Notes: generated from the letters alone by a model not told the origin. A stretch of DNA of 64,000 bases from an uncultured Armatimonadetes bacterium (GCA_963717145.1 OY970325.1:1248001-1312000), one strand, 5' to 3'. Counted from the stretch's first letter, positions 49,671 through 63,137 are shown. Numbers and translations: made by a program.

Positions 49671-51137
49671 GTAACAGTTCACGCTTGGGGATAACGAGTT
49701 TGATCAGGCAGGGAAGAGGACAGACTTGCCTGCGAGCAGTTGCCTGCATGATTCGAGCATGTCCAGACCCCTGACGTGCCATGTGCCAAACAGACTCATG
49801 AGCGTCATCTTTGTCTCAGAACCCTTCTCGCTTCTCGTCCCGCCGCATACCTTGCGCGCGATCACACACGGCCTCAGCGCTCGTTCTGCGCCATTGTTGT
49901 CCGACGGTACTTCCGGGTACTCTACGAACATGAACAACTCGTGCAAGCGATCTATGAATCTCTTTGCCAGCGTCTGCTGTGGAGCATCTGAGCCGACATA
50001 CGGACCTGAGAGCGCCTCTACCTCTTCCTCGAAGAGTACTCGCTTCCACTTGCGAACCTCCGCCTTCTTGCTCCGGAACTCCTTTGCCCGATCGTAAACA
50101 CCCTTCACCGCATCCGCCCATGCGATGACGCCCGTGTCGTCCGCGTTCCTCTCCTTCAGTTTGTGCAGATCCCTGGCCAGATGTGCCCAGCATATCTGGC
50201 GGTCTGCAACTACCGGGTTGTATCCGGCATAGCAATCCGTTACCACTACCCCTTCGTAGTCGCCGCCTATCGTTTCCTTCGGGATCTCTCCACTCCGACT
50301 CCGCCGGTAGATGAAGTATCGCACGTTCTTAGTGGAGAAGGTCCAGATGTATCCGTTCAGCCCATCCTCTCTCCAGCCCGTCTCGTCTGCGTTTATGTAT
50401 GGGCTTCCACGTACAAGCGAGAGTAGCCGCTCTTTCTCTTTTTTGCCACAGTCTGCCACCGTGTGCAATATCTCGCTTATCTCTCCCACAGAGAGCTGAA
50501 GACCATACAGAGCCTTCAGCAATCCCTGTATCGTCCGCTTTGTCATGCGACCTACCGTCGAAAGATACGATATCAGGCTCATCAGGTTCACGCCTACCCG
50601 ATGCTTGCCTACAACCTGGCCGGAAAGGTCAACCTTCGGCACATGACTCTTGCCACAGTATCCGCATCTTCTGGCGATGAACCTGTGCTCGACTACGTCC
50701 ACAGGCACGATGGGGATGTCGATGACTTGGCGGAGTCTCTTTACCGTGCCCCCTGTGAGCGCTCGGCCGCAGTCCGGACACTTCGAGTGCGCGTGCTCGA
50801 CTACACGGGTGGGTGTCTCCCGCCTGCGCACGAACGACTTCTTGCGCTTCTTTCGTTCAGCTGCCCGGCGCTCTTTGCGGTTCGGCTTCACCCAGTCAGG
50901 CACGGATGGGGAACTGCCATCACCGCCGGAAAGCCTGGCGCGAAGGTCTTCGTTCTCCTTCTCCAGGTCGCCGATACGCGCCACGAGTTGGGGAACTAGA
51001 CCTTCCAACTGGCTGACCCTGGCCTCAAGCTCCTCGTATGTCGGCTTGGATTGCTCGCTCACACTCCTTGGTTCGAGACGCTCCCAGCAGGTTCCTTCTT
51101 CTTACAGACAAAATAATCCCTAAGCCTGAACTGTTAC
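49671..51137 (-). mobile_element. IS66-family insertion sequence, single-ORF (ISBst12-like) type, 1467 bp
   Basis: Terminal IRs GTAACAGTTCACGCTTGGGGAT / GTAACAGTTCAGGCTTAGGGAT; 8-bp direct repeat CAAGCTCA at 49663-49670 and 51138-51145. Confidence 0.95.
49704..51062 (-). CDS. IS66-family DDE transposase
   Basis: N-terminal coiled coil, CPDCG...CGYCG zinc finger, ADETGW, TDCYAGY, QICWAHL.R and DNNGAERALR. Confidence 0.95.
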   Translation of the reverse strand: MSEQSKPTYEELEARVSQLEGLVPQLVARIGDLEKENEDLRARLSGGDGSSPSVPDWVKPNRKERRAAERKKRKKSFVRRRETPTRVVEHAHSKCPDCGRALTGGTVKRLRQVIDIPIVPVDVVEHRFIARRCGYCGKSHVPKVDLSGQVVGKHRVGVNLMSLISYLSTVGRMTKRTIQGLLKALYGLQLSVGEISEILHTVADCGKKEKERLLSLVRGSPYINADETGWREDGLNGYIWTFSTKNVRYFIYRRSRSGEIPKETIGGDYEGVVVTDCYAGYNPVVADRQICWAHLARDLHKLKERNADDTGVIAWADAVKGVYDRAKEFRSKKAEVRKWKRVLFEEEVEALSGPYVGSDAPQQTLAKRFIDRLHELFMFVEYPEVPSDNNGAERALRPCVIARKVCGGTRSEKGSETKMTLMSLFGTWHVRGLDMLESCRQLLAGKSVLFPA

Positions 51138-51212
51138 CAAGCTCAGGCGTGAGAAACTGGTAAAAATACCAGGTCGGGGATGCAGGGCTGACCATCACCG
51201 CAACCCTCTCTC

Positions 51213-51992
51213 TCAGATGGAGAGGGGGTCTGCTTCCGACTCCTGGCTTCTGACCCCTGACTCCTCATGCGCGTGGCGGAGGTAGGCGTCGAGGACGGGG
51301 GCGACGCCGTCGTCCATGCGGATGACGCCGGAGTCGAGCCAGAGGACGCGGTTGGCGACGGTGCGGACCGCCCTTAGGTCGTGGGAGACGAAGATGATCG
51401 TCTTGCCCGCCTGCTGCATCTCGCGGACCTTCGCGTAGCACTTCTGCTGGAACTCCTCGTCACCGACGGCGATCACCTCGTCCACGAGCAGGATGTCCGG
51501 GTCGATCTGAGTCGCGATGGCGAACCCGAGGCGCAGGACCATGCCGTTCGAGTAGGTCCGGATCGGCGCATCGATGAACCGCTCCAGTTCGGCGAACGAG
51601 ATGATCGCATCGAGCCGCTTGCGGATCTCCCGGCGGCTGATGCCGAGGATCGAGGCGTTGAGGTAGATGTTCTCCAGGCCGGTGAGGTCGGTATGGAATC
51701 CCGCGCCGAGATCGAGCAGCGCGGAGACCCGGCCATTGACCTCTACCGTGCCGCTCGTGGGCCGGTAGACGCGCGCGAGGATGCCGAGGAGCGTGCTCTT
51801 CCCCGAGCCGTTCTTGCCGATGACCGCGAGCGTCTCCCCGGCATCGACGCCGAACGAGACGCCATTGAGCGCCTCGATGTCCTCGACCCTGGCGCGCAGG
51901 AACGAGAGCATCAGGCCCTTGAGGGAGCCGGCCCGCCCGTGTTGCAGGCGGAAGGTCTTGTGCAGGTTTTCGACTCTGACTGCTTGGGTCAT
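51213..51992 (-). CDS. wzt: Polysaccharide/teichoic-type ABC exporter ATP-binding protein
   Basis: GKNGSGKST, LGAGFH.DLTG.ENI, YSNGM..RL.F and DEVIAVGD..FQ.KC. The tail ESGVRSQESE derives from a 7-nt repeat. Confidence 0.92.
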   Translation of the reverse strand: MTQAVRVENLHKTFRLQHGRAGSLKGLMLSFLRARVEDIEALNGVSFGVDAGETLAVIGKNGSGKSTLLGILARVYRPTSGTVEVNGRVSALLDLGAGFHTDLTGLENIYLNASILGISRREIRKRLDAIISFAELERFIDAPIRTYSNGMVLRLGFAIATQIDPDILLVDEVIAVGDEEFQQKCYAKVREMQQAGKTIIFVSHDLRAVRTVANRVLWLDSGVIRMDDGVAPVLDAYLRHAHEESGVRSQESEADPLSI

Positions 51993-52007
51993 GTGCCAAT
52001 CCCACGC

Positions 52008-52251
52008 TGTAGGGGCGTGCCTTGTGCCGCCGGCGAGCGACGTATCGGGCGGCACAAGGCACGCCCCTACGGTGTATGTCGTCGGGCGGCATGAAGCGCG
52101 CCCCTACAGCGTTGTCATTTGTAGGAGGGATTTGCCGGGATGATTGTGCCCGGTAATCCCGAACGATGTCCATCGGGATTACCGGGCACAATCATCCCGG
52201 CAAATCCCTCCTACACCGAGTATGAGTATGAGTAGGAGTAGGAGTATGAGT
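52008..52251. repeat. Mosaic of REP-like elements: family B palindrome (52008-52070), extra arm (52084-52108), family C palindrome (52120-52215), GAGTA(T/G) hexamers (52218-52251)
   Basis: Direct inspection of the inverted arms and tandem hexamers. Confidence 0.9.
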
Positions 52252-52252
52252 C

Positions 52253-53083
52253 CTACACCTGCTCGGCGAAGATCCACTTTCTGCTGTTGAAGAACGCATA
52301 GCCCGCCGCGAAGAACAGGAACGATGTGAGCGCGGCGAGGGCGAGATACCGGAAGTCCATCGGGATGTCGTGGATCGTCGCCGACTCGAACGGCGGGAGC
52401 AGGATCTTCCGGTAGGTGATCATCAGCACCGAGAGCGGATTCCACCACAGCGCCTTGATCGCGATTTCCCGCCACGGGCCCGGGATCATCGCCGACTGAT
52501 AGATCTGCTCCGAGAGATAGACGATCGGCGTAGCATAGAACAGCAGGCCGAGCACGACCGTCGCGACGTATTTGATATCCTCGTAGAACACGTTCAGGCA
52601 CGAGACGAAGAACGCGATCCCGAGGTTGAGCATGAGCTGGATGAAAACGACGAACGGCAGCATCCACCAGGTCGCGAGGATCGGCGTCCCCAGGATCAGC
52701 AGGTAGATGAAGAACACGCCGAGCGCCAGGATGAAATGCGCCAGGTTCGAGAGCACCGCGGAGAACGGGAGCGCCTCGCGCGGGAAGTAAATCTTCTTCA
52801 CCAGGTCGCCGTGCTGGAGGATCGACTGGCTCGCGTCGAGCACCGACATCTGGAAGAAGGTCCACGGCAGGAACGCGCACAGGAGGTAGGCCGAGTAGTT
52901 CGGGATGCCGATGTTGAGCACGTACTTGAAGACGAGGGTGATCGTGGCGACCTGCAGCAATGGATTGGCGAGCGACCAGAAGAACCCGAGGACCGAGTTC
53001 TTGTAGCGGACCTTGATGTCACGGATCACGAGATTCAGCAGAAGCTCGCGGTACTTCGCGAGTTCGGCAAGCTCTTTGAACAT
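52253..53083 (-). CDS. wzm: Polysaccharide ABC exporter permease
   Basis: RDIKVRYKNSVLGFFWSL.NPL, LVKKIYFPRE, FYATPIVY and NPL motifs. Confidence 0.93.
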   Translation of the reverse strand: MFKELAELAKYRELLLNLVIRDIKVRYKNSVLGFFWSLANPLLQVATITLVFKYVLNIGIPNYSAYLLCAFLPWTFFQMSVLDASQSILQHGDLVKKIYFPREALPFSAVLSNLAHFILALGVFFIYLLILGTPILATWWMLPFVVFIQLMLNLGIAFFVSCLNVFYEDIKYVATVVLGLLFYATPIVYLSEQIYQSAMIPGPWREIAIKALWWNPLSVLMITYRKILLPPFESATIHDIPMDFRYLALAALTSFLFFAAGYAFFNSRKWIFAEQV

Positions 53084-53091
53084 ACGTCCGC

Positions 53092-53120
53092 AGTATATCC
53101 CCGCCGGCCCTCGATGTCAA
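53092..53120 (-). promoter_or_regulatory. sigma70 promoter of wzm, possibly giving a leaderless mRNA
   Basis: TTGACA-17 nt-TATACT, 8 nt upstream of the ATG. Confidence 0.65.
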
Positions 53121-53133
53121 ATGGTGGGATGCC

Positions 53134-54240
53134 CTAGCCCTTACCAGCGGCTTTCTTGGCGTCCTGCGCCCGCTTGAGGAGAGCAGTGGCCTCCTCGTCA
53201 TCAGGGGTGAAGTCATCGAGAACCGTGCGGCAGAACCTGCTCACGGCTTTGTACTCGCCTGCATCGAGCACCTTGTTCGCAAGGTTGAGTGAGAAGCCCC
53301 CGCAGGTACTGTGACAACACCGCTGAACTCGGCACGAGGAGAGAAGCCACTTCGCAGCCTCGGCGGGGTTGTGCTCATCAAGCGACATGAGGCCGAGGTA
53401 GGTTTCGGCTTCTGTCGTGTCACAACCCGGGCCGCCCTCAAAGCCTTCTTTATCGCATCCCCTCACCTGACTGAAGGCCTCTCTCGCCTGATCCAGGCTT
53501 CCTACTTCCTTGAGGCTCCTTCCGTAGACTACCAGCAGTCCGGGCTTGGATGTCTCATCTGCATTCGGGAGAGCTCCCTTGCAGACGGCAACTGCTTCGG
53601 CATTCCTTCCGAGGTCAAGCAGGAGATCAGCAAGCTGGTCAGAGTAGAATGGAGCATAGAAACGATCGTCGCCTGCTGCCGTAATCGCTGCCCGAAAGTA
53701 ACCGATTGCCTTCTCTGCCAGCGGCATGTCGATCTCGGCTGGGAAGGCAGTGCTCTCAGGCAGCCCGTAGTAACGCAGGAATCGCGCCTTGGCCTCTTCA
53801 TCGCACCATTTCGGGGGAATGGCAGCCCTCTCGCACGTCAGCGCAAGCATCCAGAGCAACTCCGGCTCCTTCCGGCCCGCCTTGACCTGCGCCTCAAACC
53901 TGGAGATGACGTCACGGAGGTACGTACGATCGAGGTAGAAGGCAGAAGCGTTCCTGAAGTAGATCTCCGTGTTGGCGGGATGGTGCTCGATCATCTTGAG
54001 GGTGTGGTACTTCAGGCGCGTCAGAGCAAATGGTTTGCATTCGAGCCTCCGAGCATACCAGCGGATGGCCGTGGCCCGCTGAGACTCATCCTCCGGATGC
54101 GCCTTCAGGTATACCTCGAAGTTGTCTGCGTCCGGGGAGGAGATTCCCGGTGGAGAGAGAAAGATATCGTCTGCAGTGGCAGACCAGGCGACGACACTCA
54201 ACAGCATAAGTGCCGTGATCGGAATCATCATTCGCTTCAT
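53134..54240 (-). CDS. Secreted TPR-like helical repeat protein
   Basis: Signal peptide MKRMMIPITALMLLSVVAWSATA; AEKAIGYFRAAI, LGRNAEAVAVC and AETYLGLM.L...NPAEA. Confidence 0.65.
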   Translation of the reverse strand: MKRMMIPITALMLLSVVAWSATADDIFLSPPGISSPDADNFEVYLKAHPEDESQRATAIRWYARRLECKPFALTRLKYHTLKMIEHHPANTEIYFRNASAFYLDRTYLRDVISRFEAQVKAGRKEPELLWMLALTCERAAIPPKWCDEEAKARFLRYYGLPESTAFPAEIDMPLAEKAIGYFRAAITAAGDDRFYAPFYSDQLADLLLDLGRNAEAVAVCKGALPNADETSKPGLLVVYGRSLKEVGSLDQAREAFSQVRGCDKEGFEGGPGCDTTEAETYLGLMSLDEHNPAEAAKWLLSSCRVQRCCHSTCGGFSLNLANKVLDAGEYKAVSRFCRTVLDDFTPDDEEATALLKRAQDAKKAAGKG

Positions 54241-54279
54241 GGCACACCTCGGAGATATCGTTATGGCAGATACCCTAGT

Positions 54280-54392
54280 TGTATGACAGAGCACTCGCCG
54301 ACTAGTTGCATGGATGAGTGAGTCTGTGCCGAATGCCACGGTGATTGTCTTCCTGTCTGCAAGCCATTCTGAGTCCCAGGACTTTCTACTCG
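54280..54392 (-). pseudogene. Possible decayed VapC/PIN toxin remnant
   Basis: The frame overlapping the antitoxin stop reads (T)SRKSWDSEWL...FGTDSLIHATSRR, which resembles the start and end of PIN toxins with the middle missing. Confidence 0.3.
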
Positions 54393-54619
54393 TGCTCGAG
54401 ATCGCGTGCCCTTTCACGTAGCAACTCCTCCGTCAACGACGGCCCGTCTTTGATACAGCCGCAGAGGAACGAAATCGGGTCGTCCGGAACCGGCGTAAGC
54501 ACGATGCTTCCGCCTCGTTCGGTCACGGCAAGGCGCTGGCCGGGCTTGATGTGCAGCTTCTCCCGAATCCGCTTGGGAATCGCGATCTGGAACTTAGATG
54601 ATGCGCGGAGAGTTGTCAT
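54386..54619 (-). CDS. AbrB/MazE/SpoVT-family DNA-binding protein (antitoxin-like)
   Basis: 77 aa; SSKFQIAIPKRIREKLHIKPGQRL. Confidence 0.85.
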   Translation of the reverse strand: MTTLRASSKFQIAIPKRIREKLHIKPGQRLAVTERGGSIVLTPVPDDPISFLCGCIKDGPSLTEELLRERARDLEHE

Positions 54620-54756
54620 CAGCTGTACCTCAGGCGACTGCGTTTTAACTTCACATGCATCATACCACGTTTGTCGCCATTGGCAAAGCTGTCTTGACGG
54701 AAAAGCCCCAGGATCGATTCGATCCTGGGGCTCTTTGTGACTGCTGATCGGGGGAT

Positions 54757-55368
54757 TCAGCGGTTCCTGCGTCGGAGCGCAAGGGCGAGACCTGGAAGGC
54801 CGATACCCAGTGCCATAAGCGAAGACGGTTCCGGGATGGGTACGCACTTCGTAGCGACTTTGATGTCGGTCACGGCGAATCCGCCATCCGTCAGCCACTC
54901 GAACCACTCCTGGGCCGGTTGAGGCCGGATGGTCCACTCGATCGTCCTGCGGAAAACACCGCCTCCGAGATCCTCCGTTGCCCAGGTGGGAGGCGACCAC
55001 ACGCCTGTACTGCCGTGCAGGTTCTGGTTCATGGGATCCGCGATAGCGCCCGGTCCGGTTTCCCGCCACGTGTACTGGAGCCAAACGAGTTTCTGCTTCG
55101 TCGGGTCGGCTTGGTTGTGAACAAACAGGATTGTTGAAGTATCCCAAGGTTCAGGACCCGGACCGATTGAGACTCCCGCCTCGAATCCGGATCCCCAGGG
55201 AGCAGCCGTGTTCTCGATAGCCGTGCCGCCGGCGATCACAAAGTCCCGCTGGACATCGGCCGAGCCGAACCAGGCCGGAAGTCCCTGAGCGAATGCCGAC
55301 GACGATGCCAGCATGACGACGACTGCCAGCAAGCTGAATACCAGCAATCTAGTCGGTACGATCTTCAT
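54757..55368 (-). CDS. PEP-CTERM sorting-domain protein
   Basis: Signal peptide ending AFA; C-terminus IPEPSSLMALGIGLPGLALALRRRNR. Confidence 0.9.
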   Translation of the reverse strand: MKIVPTRLLVFSLLAVVVMLASSSAFAQGLPAWFGSADVQRDFVIAGGTAIENTAAPWGSGFEAGVSIGPGPEPWDTSTILFVHNQADPTKQKLVWLQYTWRETGPGAIADPMNQNLHGSTGVWSPPTWATEDLGGGVFRRTIEWTIRPQPAQEWFEWLTDGGFAVTDIKVATKCVPIPEPSSLMALGIGLPGLALALRRRNR

Positions 55369-55738
55369 CTTCTTTTCTCCTTTGCCTACAATGTGCCGGG
55401 GCCCGGGGCCGGCCGGCCAGTGGAAATCGGCAGGATCAATGTGTCCTGTTGCGCCGGTTTCCGTCAGGTGTCTTGATGCGTTGACATCTCTCCGTCAGAT
55501 CGACGGGAACACTGGGTTTGCTGCCCTTGTTACTCACCTCCCCGGCATCTTCGCAGAGAGTTGACCGACGCTGGTCTGGGCGGAGTGCATTCAAATACGC
55601 AACCTGGAACTATGCTGCGGCAGGATAGTATGCTGTCCTGGGGGTTTGCCTCGAATGGCCAATGCTCCAAGCTCGACGCTTGGTGACTCAGCCTTATCTC
55701 GCAAGGATACTCATCGCCGATTCGCGAGTCTATGCGTT

Positions 55739-55766
55739 ATTGTAACATTTGTAACGAAATTGTCAA
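55739..55766 (-). promoter_or_regulatory. Putative sigma70 promoter about 370 nt upstream of the PEP-CTERM gene
   Basis: TTGACA-16 nt-TACAAT with a GTTACAA direct repeat inside. Confidence 0.5.
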
Positions 55767-55834
55767 GACATTTTGCAGGGGCTTAAGCAAAACTGGTATT
55801 TTTGCTGGGTCTGGCCGGAGTGCCTCTCAAATGC

Positions 55835-55869
55835 AAAAAGCCTCCGAACCCTAGTGGATTCGGAGGCTT
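55835..55869 (-). terminator. Intrinsic terminator of the rRNA operon
   Basis: AAGCCTCCGAA-loop-TTCGGAGGCTT followed by a T tract on the minus strand, just after the 5S. Confidence 0.85.
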
Positions 55870-55877
55870 CATGATTA

Positions 55878-55995
55878 AGCTGGCAACGACCTATTCTTCC
55901 GGAGGCTTGTGCCCCAAGTACCGTCGGCCCTGGAGAGCTTAACTACCGTGTTCGGGATGGGAACGGGTGTACCCTCTCCGGTAACATCACCAGCA
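55878..55995 (-). rRNA. rrf: 5S rRNA
   Basis: Reverse complement contains CCCGTTCCCATCCCGAACACGGTAGTTAAG and GCCGACGGTAC. Confidence 0.95.
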
Positions 55996-56051
55996 AACTG
56001 CTGCGGGATGCGCATAGAAAACTGCACAGCGGGGGTAGAATCTAAGATTTA

Positions 56052-59044
<2,993 letters not shown>

Positions 59045-59203
59045 AAACTCTCTACTCGATTCAATCGTAGATTTACCCTTCCGCTATGCAGTTTTCAATG
59101 TGCATTCCGCTCGGCGCTTGCGCGCCGCCACGCTGTGCTTTGCAGTCGTGGAAAACTTGTTTTCAAATACTTCCTGCGCCCTTCGTCCAGCGCACGAGAC
59201 CGC

Positions 59204-59232
59204 ATTATACTGCAGCCCGGGTCGGAAGTCAA
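59204..59232 (-). promoter_or_regulatory. Internal sigma70 promoter upstream of 23S
   Basis: TTGACT-17 nt-TATAAT in the spacer between tRNA-Ala and 23S. Confidence 0.65.
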
Positions 59233-59294
59233 GGTGTTTCCGCAAGATCATACCCGAGGGCAGTCTTGCGGGAACACTTGTGCCTCAAAGGATC

Positions 59295-59370
59295 TGGTGG
59301 AGGCTAGCGGGATCGAACCGCTGACCTATTGCGTGCAAAGCAATCGCTCTCCCAGCTGAGCTAAGCCCCC
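59295..59370 (-). tRNA. tRNA-Ala(TGC)
   Basis: GGGGGCTTAGCTCAG...TTTGCAC...GGTTCGATCCC...CTCCACCA; G3:U70 pair. Confidence 0.97.
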
Positions 59371-59373
59371 ATA

Positions 59374-59450
59374 TGGTGGGCCTAAGTGGATTCGAACCAC
59401 TGACCTCATCCTTATCAGGGATGCGCTCTAACCAACTGAGCTACAGGCCC
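59374..59450 (-). tRNA. tRNA-Ile(GAT)
   Basis: GGGCCTGTAGCTCAGTTGG...CTGATAA...GGTTCGAATCC...CCCACCA. Confidence 0.97.
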
Positions 59451-59726
59451 ATGTATCGGTTCGCCCCGGCTACTCGCTCTCCGAGTCGCCAGTAAGAGGC
59501 ACAAATATAGGGAAGACTCACGCCTTCCCCTGATGTATCAAGGTGCTGTAAGCCAGTTCGGATACTGTGTTATGTTTGTGTGACGTCTACCGTCATGAAC
59601 ACTCCCAGCACAGAATCAACCTTAACAACTGAATAGTGCAAGCGAAGCGACCAGGTAAGATCGACCTAGGTTTCCTGTGATCGGATTCCGACTGCTCGAG
59701 AGCAGGCGGGTCCGGCCACCTGGAAT

Positions 59727-61277
<1,551 letters not shown>

Positions 61278-61522
61278 AAAAACTACAAAAACTGACCACC
61301 ATCCAGAAAGAAGCGCCCTACTAGAGAGCAAATCTTAGAGGAAAGCACTCAGTTTAATTAGCTTTCATAAGAGACTGGTGGACCTTCTCGATTTCTCGAT
61401 CGGACCCGGTTTGAACTTACCTGACATCCACATTGTTTCACTGGAATCAACGTGTGCTCCGCTTGCACTATTCAATTGTCAAGGTTCTTGCGTGGAGGAA
61501 ACTCCTCCAGCGCACAACGATC

Positions 61523-61655
61523 ATTATACCGCCCCGGTTCCGGAATGTCAACACTTATTTTGGACTTGGCTCAATTATTTTTCAGCCAGCATCCAAAGCG
61601 CGCATCCCGATCCAGCGCAGGGTTGTATCTTACCACACTCCCTCGGGCCTGTCAA
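61523..61655 (-). promoter_or_regulatory. Tandem rRNA promoters P1/P2
   Basis: TTGACA-17-TAAGAT (61655-61627) and TTGACA-17-TATAAT (61551-61523). Confidence 0.85.
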
Positions 61656-61839
61656 TCACATTTCACCGAGAATGCAAAAAGTTTCTTCCCACTAACCTGC
61701 GGAGGCGAAACACAGAGGATCAGGTACGTCGATAACGACTGTCGCACGCCCCAGTTTGCATCTCCGCAGGAATGGGAATCCTATGTCTGCGCATCCAATT
61801 TGGATACGCATCATGTGAAAGGAGGTTTCGATAAGGAAC

Positions 61840-63084
61840 ATGAAAGTTACTCGACTTGCGCTAACTCTGGGACTCATCGCACTGCTGCTGGTCCCCTGTG
61901 TAGCAGACACTGATGGTAAGAAGGGCACCATGGAGGGGCCCACGTGCGGGGTCAACGCCGATGTGGGCGTGATGGACGAGGCTCTTAGCCAACAGGCGTT
62001 CAACGCCACCGTCCAGCCTGGTCCGAGGGTCAAAGCAGGACTGCCACTCTCAGCGGACGTGTATGTGAACGGTGCGTTGGCGATACGCATTCCGGCATCA
62101 GCCGCCGGACTGACTCCGATGCAGCGGGCCGAGATCGTCGCAAACCGCCTGAACGTCGCGTTCGCCGGCGGGAAATCCTGGCTGGACTCGCAGGTTCTGG
62201 CGAAGGATGGTCTATGGACCTTCAGCATCGGCGATGATCTGATCGCCACCGCTGACGCCAACTCGGCGCGGGCCTTCAACACTCAGACCGGGGACCTTGC
62301 CGGCATGTGGGCGCGTCAGACTGTTATCGCGCTCGGCGGCGAACCTCAGATGATCGCCGCTCAGATCATGCCGACGACAGCCATCGCCGGATCGATGCAG
62401 GAACTCGGCGGAGCAGCCTGGATGGTCGCGCCGATCAAGACCGTGCCGTCGCTCAATGTATCGTCACGGGAATCGGTGGGGAGCATCACCGTTGGTGGGA
62501 CTCAGAGCAGTCTGGACAGGGTCACATCAGTGGCGGTCTATGCATATGCCAAGAACAACGCCAACATCTGGCTGTTCGTGCCGACTACGACCAACTCGAT
62601 CACCGGCAGCATGGTCCCGAGAGTCACGGCAGTTGGCGTCATCCGCGTGCCCTCTGAGTTGTTGCCCTTGCAGGACATACTGATGGGCGATGAGGCGACC
62701 GGGGCGATGAACGTGCTGACGCCCACTCAGTGGAACACGTCGATCAACGAGCAAATGGCGGCTTGGAAGGTCACCCTTCAGGGATCGACCAAGGTGGTGC
62801 CGCTGTATTCGATGCAGATGAACCACGTGATCGGCGCTGCCCAGGTCGTCGGTGATGTCGGCGGACTGACACAGACTCAGGCCGTCATCGCTTCCGACGC
62901 AAACGGCGTCACGTCATTCGGTGCAACTTCGGTCGCGCCGGGGATGATCTCCGGCCAGCCTTCGATGCTCAGCAGCGTCGTTGTCTCGGCCCTGATCTTC
63001 TACCCGACCGGCGGGATGACGAGCCCGGAAACGACGGAGACGCCGGAAACGACCGAGATGATGGATATGATGGAAATGGAATAG
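61840..63084 (+). CDS. Secreted hypothetical protein
   Basis: AAGGA RBS, signal peptide, 414-aa ORF ending in an acidic Met-rich tail. Confidence 0.75.
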   Translation: MKVTRLALTLGLIALLLVPCVADTDGKKGTMEGPTCGVNADVGVMDEALSQQAFNATVQPGPRVKAGLPLSADVYVNGALAIRIPASAAGLTPMQRAEIVANRLNVAFAGGKSWLDSQVLAKDGLWTFSIGDDLIATADANSARAFNTQTGDLAGMWARQTVIALGGEPQMIAAQIMPTTAIAGSMQELGGAAWMVAPIKTVPSLNVSSRESVGSITVGGTQSSLDRVTSVAVYAYAKNNANIWLFVPTTTNSITGSMVPRVTAVGVIRVPSELLPLQDILMGDEATGAMNVLTPTQWNTSINEQMAAWKVTLQGSTKVVPLYSMQMNHVIGAAQVVGDVGGLTQTQAVIASDANGVTSFGATSVAPGMISGQPSMLSSVVVSALIFYPTGGMTSPETTETPETTEMMDMMEME

Positions 63085-63097
63085 AGACACACCCCGA

Positions 63098-63132
63098 GGG
63101 TCGGGCCTCCCTTTCCTGGGGAGGCCCGACCC
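63098..63132. terminator. GC-rich hairpin between convergent genes
   Basis: GGGTCGGGCCTCCC / GGGAGGCCCGACCC 14-bp stem; no clear U tract. Confidence 0.55.
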
Positions 63133-63137
63133 GCACG

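Noticed and set aside
59618-59643. Repeat matching 61460-61487 (and 56012-56044 matching 59068-59103) as a novel element
   Set aside because: These are the expected complementary processing stems flanking 16S and 23S.
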